A stretch of DNA of 64,000 bases from Phoronis australis (Eukaryota > Animalia > Phoronida): contig NMRA01000019.1 in NCBI GenBank assembly GCA_002633005.1, forward strand, positions 1,135,052 to 1,199,051. Direction: 5' to 3'. Of this stretch, positions 53,898-64,000 are shown piece after piece. Below the pieces are notes generated by a model, which saw only the letters and a list, made by a program, of their open reading frames with translations, did not search any database and had not been told where the DNA came from. Positions within the stretch are counted from its first letter, which is position 1. Every line of letters starts with the position of its first letter. Both the position numbers and the translations under genes were made by a program.

Positions 53898-54323
53898 AGT
53901 TAGAGTTTGACACCAGTTCCAAGCGATCAAATCACCAAATTCTTCTACCCTTCTATAATATATCGCCTACCGCTTCCACCGTTCCCATTCACGAACGCCG
54001 TTTGTTTTTGATGCGTTGCTTACTCTATCCAAACCTTCCCTGAAAGACAATCGTATTTTCAGAATCCACAAAGTCGGAGCCAGGCATCCATTCACTCGCA
54101 TAGGCGGTGGAACTCCGTCCACGTAAATCTCGAGCGCCTGTCGATAACCCACAGTTATGTCTTAAACACACTCCAAAACATGTGTTTTACGAGGTCATCT
54201 GAAACCGGCTAAGGTCGAGGAACGGCTGAATTAACACGTTCTACCCACCAGTATTTCCATTCAAACAATAAGAGTGAAAGCCGGTGCTGAGTAATTTTTA
54301 TGGAAACTTGCAGCTGGCCTTAC

Positions 54324-54412
54324 CTCAAATCGAAGAGCGCACTGTTATCGTTTCCTGCAGTTTGTTAGCGAGCTAATTAACTACACATTCACGATGTCCG
54401 ACGTTTTATAGA
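54324..54412 (-). promoter_or_regulatory. Candidate TATA box and non-coding first exon of the perlecan-like gene
   Basis: Minus strand CTATAAAA at about 54405-54412, then about 80 nt later a GAG|GTAAGG donor at about 54324. Confidence 0.35.
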
Positions 54413-57052
54413 CTCCGGCTCAGATCACCAACAGGAACTCGTCGGCGCTGTCATGACAGTACGATGAATTCATCGGATTTCCCGCCGTGGACCTCATCGG
54501 ACACATAGAGTTGTGATGTCACTAACCTTTCACCCCATAGACACAGAAACCCAACATTCAATGGCTTCCAGTAGATAAGCCTAATTAAAGATACTTGTAA
54601 AACGTAATTTCATCACTCCGGAATGTGTTGTCTTTATTCGGACGCCTCCCGCAGAATCTCTTCAGTTTGCTTGTGCGCATAATATGGGGGAGAGGGTGGT
54701 TCATTAAATTAGTCGCTGAAAATGAAACGAGTAGAACCATTCACAAAGCCTTTGCAACATTCCAAAAGCGTTACACTAGTTTTGACATTGGCAATGAGGA
54801 TAATGTCGGTGATGATGGTCGGTGCTGTTGATGACAATGACGCTACATCACAGCAAGTAAATTCTGGCTTTAGAAGTTTTTAACACGTTCACCATAACCG
54901 CACAAGTCCTTTAGATTGCTTCGTATTGCGTCAAGCATCCTATAACTTCCAGGGACAAAATGTCTCAGTTGTCTCCAGATATTCGTTCAACTACGGCTAA
55001 ATTCGATACACAGTCGAGGTGTTTCTCTCTGGAACAAATTGTCTGGATCAATCACATGTTGCAAAAACCTGACAAGATTTAAGTACACAGTTTCGACTTT
55101 TCTAAGAGAAGGCTGTGAGTGCCAGAACTGTATCCTATGTTATGTCGTGTCTTTTGCTTCACTTGACAACCATTAGGGTTTTAAATATGCTTAGTTACAT
55201 AGTTATTTATCTTCTTTCTGTATATATTCTTCTATAATTCTCTACACAAGTATTTTTTCACTGTAAGTAGCATTTGTGCTAATGTTTCTTTTGTTGTACC
55301 TACCTCACCTATCTAAAATGGCGTTTTACTTGCTTGCTTGCTTGCTTGCTTGCATACTTAACTTACTTATTTACTCACTTACTTTTGTCATTACGCTTAT
55401 TATTATTTTTGCATTCATTTTTGTGAACAACCTAATTATTGAAGTAGTTTTTATTTAGCCTGAAATTCGTCACTCTTAAAAATACAAAATATAAACTGTA
55501 TAACATCCTGGGCCGGATTTGACATTCAACATAATACTATGACCAGCTGAAGAGTGAGGCACTGTTCAAGATTATTTTAAATAGACCACGTCCTCAACCC
55601 GCGATTGTTAATACAGAATCCCTAGCCGTCTGAGCCATCGGTACCAAGTACACGGAGTCCGCATTTTGAAGCCACGCACTACACACACTGTACTGTGGGG
55701 CGACGTCAGCCATCATTGTTTAGAAAGTGCAAGAACTTGTATGTTATGTAATAACACAACATTCCTTTACTGTGCCACTAATAATAGGTACTTTATCCCA
55801 CTATTTCGCGGCAGAGAAATAACTGCCGGCCGAAAATTTGTAATTTGTCATCATTACGTAGGCCCCCTAGTATTGTTTTGTAGCATCTACACAATAGAAA
55901 ACATGCTATTAATACAAAAAAATATTATTAATCTTTATATCTGGAGCAATTTGACAAAATAAAATTTCACTTGTCCGCCATAAGGTATGCTACCATACGT
56001 TTTATTGTAGATTCACAGGTGCTGATAAGAAAACAAAACAATTCGCGTGATACTGCTCCCAAACGAATACCTAAAATGCAAATGGTTGTAGCCGTTAAAA
56101 TACATTAGAACTGGCTAATAACATTCCCATTCAATGAATTCGGGAATAAAAAGTGCCACGTTGTTGTCGGTGGAGGTGGTTGTTAGGAGTTGTCGTTGTT
56201 GTGTCGTCGCATGGTCAGTGTTGTTGTCATCGTCGTTGTTACTATTCTACTACATACTAGCATAATTATTACTTAAATTTCGCATAATGAGAACTATATT
56301 TAAGCTCTGACTCCAGTACAAAATCGTAGTAGGCCATCCCAAAGCCTGGAATGACGACGTCATATTGAGCAAGATCAAGCAGTGGATTTCACAGAAATTA
56401 CCCTGAATGGTTTATGTACTTACCTAAAGAGGGCGCTATACACGGAGGATTTCACCTAGCGGCAATTTCAAGAACCAAGCTCATGGCCGACTTTTCAGCT
56501 GCTGCTGGTTCGGCGGCGTTAGAACTCCTGGCAGTCTGCCAAATGTATTCGTCCACCTTGCTACTACATTCAAATTGATTGTAATAGTTTCTTCTCTCAA
56601 GTATGTAAACGCAGTCGCCGCGAACTCAGATGCTTCTAATGTACTGTATTTGTATGAACTGGGTGAACACGGTAAACAGAGTCGAACTTTCTCACACCAA
56701 CACCACTGTCTTTCACCACCAGGCAGTGGTCAGAGACAGTGACCACCGTGTCCGTCTAGCTGGCCTCAGTAGATCCGGAAGCTTTTCGGCGAATTATGCC
56801 TCACGCTGATCAAAACATCAAAGTCACGTTGTTATAGGTACATTTTGTGCATAGAGGGACACCTTAGGAGGCTGTCCATCTGTCCATGTCTTAATTTCTT
56901 CCAACTCGAAAAAAACACTCCCAAATCTTCGAGCAGTCCTTCGTTCATTTGTCCAAATCGACAACTGGCCATTTTTAACAGTGCGCAAGCTCCTGGCGGG
57001 CGCTGTAAAAATAGCAGTGCGTGCAGTGTAAAAGTGGCCAGTTGCCGATTTG

Positions 57053-57749
57053 GGCACTAGTCGGATATAATGGACCCTAACTTATTTCAAATAAATCCAC
57101 TAAATATAGGTCTAAATGAATGATTTTGGTATCCTTGCATTCCTCAGACATCTGGCTATCCATACAAATCCTTTTCACGACCCTCAATTACTCTAGTCTA
57201 TAACTGCGCTATTTCGAACTCGGTCCACTTTAGCCATGCGCATCGTGAAATCCGCAGCTATTTCAGGGAACTTATTATATCTAATGCCATCTATCGGCGA
57301 TTTGCTACAACACGCGCTGTTCCTTTTTCATCAGTCAACGTCATTGGTCGATTTCGTCAATTATTAATGTCACCGTTATTAATCATCGTACGTCTGCTCT
57401 CGTCATCACCTTCGTCGTCTCTCTCACGATCGTATCTGTCATCGTCATGTTATCTCGTCCATGTTGACTGATGAGAAAGGAACAGCTTGTGTTGTAGCAA
57501 ATCGCCGATAGATGGCGCTAGATATAGTAGGTTCCCTGAAATGGCTGCCGATTTCATGATGCGCGTGGCTAAAGTGGACCAAGTTCGGAATGGCGTAGTT
57601 ATAGACTAGAATAATTGAGGGCCGTGAAAAGAATTTGTGAAGATAGCCAGATGTCTGAGGAATGCAACGATACCAAAATCATTCATTTAGACCTACATTT
57701 AGTGGATTTATTTGGAATAAGTTAGGGTCCATTATATCCGACTGGTGCC
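57053..57749. mobile_element. Non-autonomous DNA transposon with ~290-bp TIRs, Merlin-like
   Basis: 57053-57340 is the reverse complement of about 57462-57749. Termini GGCAC...GTGCC, flanked by CCGATTTG / GCGATTTG (8-bp TSD with one mismatch). Confidence 0.85.
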
Positions 57750-58386
57750 GCGATTTGGGCATCTGAACGAATGACTGCTTCAGAAAAAATTTGTTTACGG
57801 GAGTTGCAAGGAATTATAGACATCAACAGCCTCTTAAGATGTCCCTCTATGCTTATAAAATCGTGACTTTAATTTTTTTAATCAGTGTGAGGCATAATTC
57901 TCCTATAGGAGCTTCAGTGTCTCTACTGGGGCCAGCTAGAGATGGACTGTGTACAGTGGTCATAGACACCGTCTCGACTGCGAACCTTCGGGACGGTGAA
58001 GCTCCTATAGGCGTTTCATATGCTGGAAGTTTTTTGGCGAATTATGCCTCACCACCGTCACACTGATTAAAACATCAAGGTCACTTTGTTATAAGTACTT
58101 TTTGCGCACAGAGGGACACCTTAGGAGGCCATCGATGTCTTTACTTCCTTCCAACTCGAACAAATACTCCCGTGCAGTCCTTCATTCAATTGCCCAAATC
58201 GACAACTGCCCATTTTTAACACTGCGCTCCAGACATTATGACATTTCTCCTGGCGTGGAGTACTACTCATGACTTTCACGTTAATATATGTTGACAATGA
58301 AGAGAAGTTGTTAAATATGGATACGGAATACTCGAGATTGACCAGTAAAGTCATTAGTCATTGTTGTCCTTTGTAGGCTCTCCATT

Positions 58387-59628
58387 ATGGCAGGCATGCA
58401 TACAGTGAAGACTGTGTTTTACTTCCTCTATCACCGGTGGATCATGATCCTGGCCTCAATGACCGCTCTGGCTGTAATGTTACTGGTTTACCTGGACTGG
58501 TCAAGGGTCAAGTTGGGTAGTAGTACCTCGCCCGACGACGCTGTTATACAACGCCTATTCCAACATCAACAGGAGGTTAGGACTATGTACAAAAAAATTG
58601 CACGGAGAATTAACTTACATAGCAAAACAAAACCCATGGTCACCGTTCCTAGGAGGACTTTTATCATTTACGATTGGTCACACTATAATAAATTCATTGG
58701 GCACCATAACAAGTTGATTGTTGACAATTGTGTCATTAAACGCACATCGGGCTACATTGCTGATGCTGATGCAGTAGCCATTACACTAGCTTACGACAAA
58801 ACTCGTGTTCCACCAACTCGAGGGAGAAACAGGAACCAGAGGTGGATATTTTTATTTGACGACACTTTTGCCAACTTCGAGCCAATGAGGTGTATGCGCG
58901 CCAGTGATTATAATGGTGTATTCAACTGGACTATGACGTATCGGAGTAACTCAGACGTACACATTCCGTACGGTGCTACAGTTCCTTTGACAACTCCACT
59001 ACCTATTTCCAATGTCAATTATGCAGCCAATAAGTCTTCACTGGCATTCGCCTTGATTTCAAACTGCGTCGCCTACTTCAACAACCGACTAGTGTACATC
59101 AGAGACTTGCAGCAGCACATGAATGTAGATTTTTATGGAGGTTGCGGAACATTGCACTGTGATGGTAACCTCCATACGTCTGCTCTTTGTAATGAAGTCA
59201 GGAGATACAAGTTCTTCCTAGCATTTGAAAACACAAACTGTAAAGATTACATCACAGAGAAGTTCTGGAGAATCTTGCAATATGATGTGGTGCCCGTCGT
59301 CATGGGAGCCCCAAAGAGCGATTACTTAAAGATGGCGCCCCCTGGGTCATTCATTCACGTGGATGACTTTGAATCACCAAAGAAACTGGCTAGTTATTTA
59401 CAATTTCTGAGTGATAATGATAAGTATTATAACACATATTTCAAGTGGAAAAGGTTTTATCAGGTTGAATCCCGGATTCAGTATGTTGGTAATGTCATAT
59501 GGAAAACTTTGTGCGACAGGCTTAATAGGGATGATGGTAAAATTAAAAGTTATGGCAATTTTGAGAAATGGGTCAACATAGATCTGACCTGCCCCAACCT
59601 GGTGGACAGGTATCACTGTGGTGACTAG
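58387..59628 (+). CDS. Alpha-(1,3)-fucosyltransferase, glycosyltransferase family 10, single-exon CDS
   Basis: N-terminal TM anchor, FNWTMTYRSNSDV..PYG, ISNC, YKFFLAFENTNCKDYITEKFW and VPVVMG...PPGSFIHVDDF...LASYL motifs. A splice acceptor lies 10 nt upstream of the ATG. Confidence 0.96.
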   Translation: MAGMHTVKTVFYFLYHRWIMILASMTALAVMLLVYLDWSRVKLGSSTSPDDAVIQRLFQHQQEVRTMYKKIARRINLHSKTKPMVTVPRRTFIIYDWSHYNKFIGHHNKLIVDNCVIKRTSGYIADADAVAITLAYDKTRVPPTRGRNRNQRWIFLFDDTFANFEPMRCMRASDYNGVFNWTMTYRSNSDVHIPYGATVPLTTPLPISNVNYAANKSSLAFALISNCVAYFNNRLVYIRDLQQHMNVDFYGGCGTLHCDGNLHTSALCNEVRRYKFFLAFENTNCKDYITEKFWRILQYDVVPVVMGAPKSDYLKMAPPGSFIHVDDFESPKKLASYLQFLSDNDKYYNTYFKWKRFYQVESRIQYVGNVIWKTLCDRLNRDDGKIKSYGNFEKWVNIDLTCPNLVDRYHCGD

Positions 59629-61695
59629 GTTTTAATATTTGATTCGGGGTCATAATTAAAAATGCAATTTTTGAAATTATTTACTGTTTCGTTTCTGAAC
59701 TGAGCATTTCCAATGTTGATGAGGTTGTAAAGACACATGCACTTCTCATTATTCTACCAATAATAGTTGAACCTGGTCTGCTGGACTGAATTTACCTTTC
59801 CTAAATCTTTGGAGATGTCTTGTCTTTTTTGATGAGATGATGTTGACTACTAAGTGCAAATATCAATAGTATGAATTTCCTGGATGGCTCAAGAACTACA
59901 TTTTATGGTCTCTTCTTTTTGTTGCATTTACGAAAGCACCATCATACAAAGACTTGTTTATATTGTTCTTTATTTTAGGTGAATGTGCTAGGTATTCATT
60001 GAAGTGCTACTTTGCATTCCATATATTTTACTCTTCGTGCATTCCATATTTTCTAAAGTTACTTCTCATTGTGGTTAAGACTCATCAATAAAATGCATGT
60101 CAGGTATGTGTGCATGCGAGTGTGCTGTCATTAAAATGAAATGTACTTGTTCGTCCTACACAATAAATTTGTGAAAAAATATTTGGTGGCATATTCATTG
60201 CATGACCTCAAGTTTTACCAGAAGACCCATTTAAATTTTTGGTAAAACTGATGTTGCTGCCTGTGAATCCATATTTAACATCAAGAAGTTAAAGATGCCC
60301 TTTGCCCTGTTTTGTTGGCTGCAAATCAAAAACCCAATTAGACTCGACCGGTACCCTCTTAAAATTGATCATGATAGCATTCTATTCCTGTTACTTAGAA
60401 GAACATCAAAACCATCAGTGACCTAAAAATTGCCTCAGAATGTGCAATAGTTGACCAACTTAAAATTTTGAATTTTGGAATCAGCACCATTCAAGACTGG
60501 ACGAGAGGTAATATTTTAAAACCCCAAACCGCTTCTGTTAGAACTCCTAAACATCGTCAGCAAAACAGTGCCCGACCTATAGTTTAGGGCTCCCGAGGCT
60601 TTTTTGTTGGAGGGCCCTTAGGCGCTGTCTACACATTCCCATTGTCAACACTGTTTTTTTAGCTCAAACTGATATACGATTTGCTCTATCAGATCGTGAA
60701 ACAATACTGCACCGTTCAAAGACATTGTCAGCAAGCCATGAACCTCTTGGGAAATCAACAATAAAATAGTTTGAATTTTACATTGTTTGCCACTTAAAAA
60801 GCAATGCTACAAGTTTTTTGAAAATTTTAGTTGGTTAAAGTTGCATAGCATCGTGTGTTTTAGACAGAACTAATCTACATGTAACTTTGTTTAAGTGGCA
60901 ACAAACCTTCTGCTGTTAAAAATCAACTTTCAATTTGAGCCAGTTATTGTTATGACATAGGTTTCATCTTGTTCCTTACTCAGATAATGCTGAATTATTT
61001 CAAGGCTTACAGAAGTGATGGGTCTATTACTAAGTTACGTATCACAGCAGGTTCAGTCGCAATGCAGTATGACTGTGATGGAAATATCCACGGCTATTTG
61101 TTGCAATCAATTTCAATTCAAATGTGTTGAATAGCAATTAATAGATCATTTTTTGAATTTATTTGCCACTGATACAAGCTGATACAATATAAACATGGAA
61201 TAAACAACAGAGAAAATGTTCCCTAAGAAAAAGTTAAAACCATTCATCAAAACAATACAAATAAAGTGAATCCAGATCTTCAGAAAACAGATCTATGCTT
61301 CTGTTAAAACTTAGAATGCCAGGAATATACTCTTAAGCATACAGCAACACTGCAACACGTCCGTATGGAACAACTCCATTAATGCCACTTTTTATCGGTA
61401 ATAAGATTACACTGACTATAAATCGCTAGAGGACATTACATCTTGTTATGATTATAAATATGAACTCAATGCTTTCTTGCAACATACTTTTAGAAGAACG
61501 TACAACTATATTGATTTCATCTTCCATTAGTTTTTGAAATATGGTTTGGAAATTTACCATGGAGTGACAAATGCTAATTCCAGACTATTTATAAACATAC
61601 TCTCTTCCAAATTACAGACTAACAGTGAAAAGATTATGTATAAGCAATCATTATCACTGAGAAATAGTTTGACAACAGAGCATCATCTGACTACG

Positions 61696-63852
61696 TTAAA
61701 AAGAACTCAATCCAACAATCTTCAGCACCCATACATAGTGGCAGGGCATCTCATCGTAAGGAATGTTAGGTATGATGACTACAAGGTTGCCAGTAGGCCC
61801 ACGAGACCACTTGAAGGGGGCCGGATAGCCCAGCATAGACACAGTAATATTGCTGACAGGTCGGACAGAGCCAAGTTCCAAGTGACCTTTTTTGGGCCAG
61901 TTTAGGATAATGGCATAGACATCATAGCCTCCATGAGGAGATTTCTTGGATGTGTACCTGTCATTGAACATGAAAATGACTAAAAGCACGGAATTCAACT
62001 GTACACAAGATTTCTAGGGAAGCTGAATTGCATTCACTGGCACATGAAAATGCACCAATAGAAAACGGTTGGGCAATTTCTTTTAGACAAAAAACACTGT
62101 ACAATTAGGGTATATTTGACTTAATTACTGTACTCTAGAGTGGAATTAAAATTTCAAGAAAAACCTGTGTATTTTTGTGATGAGACTGTGGAAAGGGAAC
62201 TTTGTAAGCAAACCAAAATAAAAGGATAGCTTTGTAAATCCCTCAATGTTTTAAAGGTATCCCAGCTTGTTCAAAATTTTGCTAAGCTTCTCTATGGTAC
62301 CAGACACAAAGTTTGGACATGACAGGACATCAGTTAAGAACAGTAGGTGCAATGGAAATAAGGTGCCATTTAAAATAATAATACACTTACCTCACAAAGA
62401 CAGTAAATAAAGAGAACCACTACAATTAGTCATTCAGACATTTATTGTAATTCATTGCCATGACTTTCATGTTGAAAGGGCGGGTTAAATGAATTTATTT
62501 TGTACTCTTTTGTAATCCCCAATAATCCATAACTAATAAGACTTGAATATTAATTGATCTATAAAGACATTACAATCAACCCCTCTATACCAAACCAGTA
62601 TGTTACACACCTGGCAAGACCACAAGTGACGCCAGCACTTAGCCCATAAAAACATACCAGATATCCTTGGTTACAGTGTCATTCTGGTGTGTCCATGGTT
62701 TACTTTCATAGATTGCCTCTCCGTTCACTTTCAACCAAGCGCCCATTTCTCGCAGTCTTTCTTCAAACACAGTGTTAATTGTGCCCTCTTTGGTTGGTCC
62801 GACGTTAATGAGGATATTACCACCGCAGCTGTGAAGCAGTGAAAGGGAAACTACGATACTATGAAAGGTCCCACAACTTGATGGGGTTACGTGGCACAGT
62901 ACATACGTTATAACATATCTGATCATGTTTTTGTAGCAGAGAATTTAAATACTACAGGTTCTAACCATGAGAGCAAAATTCTGCAAGCTCACCATCAGCT
63001 AAGAGACTACAAATCTGCCACTCGTAAATTAGTGCCAATCACATTGCTTCAGGTACCTGACATCACCTCCATAGTAAGAAAAAGGACAATAGAAAAATAA
63101 TAGGTGGTGACAGTCACAACCAAATAGAACTGTTTTCACTTGCGTTTGCAGAGTGCTGTTATTGGTTCCTTTTGAATAATACTAAATTTCATCGGAATCG
63201 CCAGCAGGGACTGTAGTGCTCTGCGATAAAGGAAAACGGACGGAATTTACGGAATGTGACTTCTTCCATGAACGATTAGCCAGATTTCAAACAATATTTC
63301 CATATTTCAGTAGCATACACCATAAATCTAAAATTGTTGGTTTTTAATTATCAAAAATTAAGAAGATAATCATCAAAATTTGGCATATTCTGACTACAAA
63401 TCAATGAGTCATTTTGAAGCGGATATGTTCAAAATGTGTTTGTTCATTCTTTCTGAAAGTGGCCCTGATCTTTTTCGTATTTTAAAAAGAAACAATAAAC
63501 GAATGCAGCAAGTTATCGATAAAATGGAGTCGTGGCATAATTTAGAAGAAAAAGTAAGGCAATTCACACCATTTATATATTATTTATCAGTTTCAAATTG
63601 GGAAAAGGAATTTGATTTTTTACAAAACGCAAAAGAACGGAATCTTGTGGCTGCTAAAACAGAAGTCTCTGTTTTTGAAAACTGAAAACTTGAGTCTCTA
63701 TGTACTATCATTCAATCACCTGACGCTTTCTGCCATTTGCTTCAGCAAATCATGTGTTGTAAGATATTCACTTAAGATGGCGTTGCGTCTGTATCCCCAG
63801 GAACGACTGTCAATTGTCATGGCATTCTCAAATTTGTGTTTTTGTAGTACAC
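61696..63852 (-). CDS. FUCA: Alpha-L-fucosidase (GH29), last three exons 63720-63852, 62658-62828, 61696-61957
   Basis: [20 protein letters not shown]...[19 protein letters not shown]...[29 protein letters not shown]...VYAIILNWP...WVLKI. Splice phases are consistent. Confidence 0.95.
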
Positions 63853-64000
63853 CTGAAGGTAATATGGTAACAAAAGTAATTAGACAAAATGCCATATCTG
63901 CCGTCAGCAAAAATACAGGTAAATGATTATTATGAAGGCAAAATTCTAATTACAGAGTGACTTTACCCTACTTATCAACTTTCCTACTAATTCCCGTCCA

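Overview
Eukaryotic (animal, probably marine invertebrate) draft genomic DNA: AT-rich, with GT-AG introns and single-n gap joins at 543, 7727, 8388, 9631, 16132, 32475 and 36600. Left to right it contains: (1) a degenerate Ty3/Gypsy LTR retrotransposon with 137-bp LTRs whose RT/RNase H region is deleted (5200-9047), plus a second truncated copy (15817-16131); (2) the last four exons of an SLC22-type organic cation transporter (+, 9794-15291); (3) a ~34-kb multi-exon perlecan-like extracellular matrix gene (-, ~53897 to 19516) that I read as 3 Ig, 1 LDLa, ~19 Ig, 1 laminin-G and 1 EGF, with no laminin-type domain III and a shortened domain V; (4) an alpha-1,3-fucosyltransferase (GT10, +) with a single-exon CDS, lying tail-to-tail with the 3' exons of an alpha-L-fucosidase (GH29, -). 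Introns and spacers hold MITEs, tRNA-derived SINEs, a LINE tail and a THAP fragment. The most notable items are the unusual perlecan-like architecture, three recently duplicated Ig modules with different cysteine states (C/C, A/V, A/C), the fucose add/remove gene pair, and a nested ~1.25-kb palindrome upstream of the fucosyltransferase. I cannot show that any of these is a new biological system. Exon boundaries were read by hand and may be off by a few bases.
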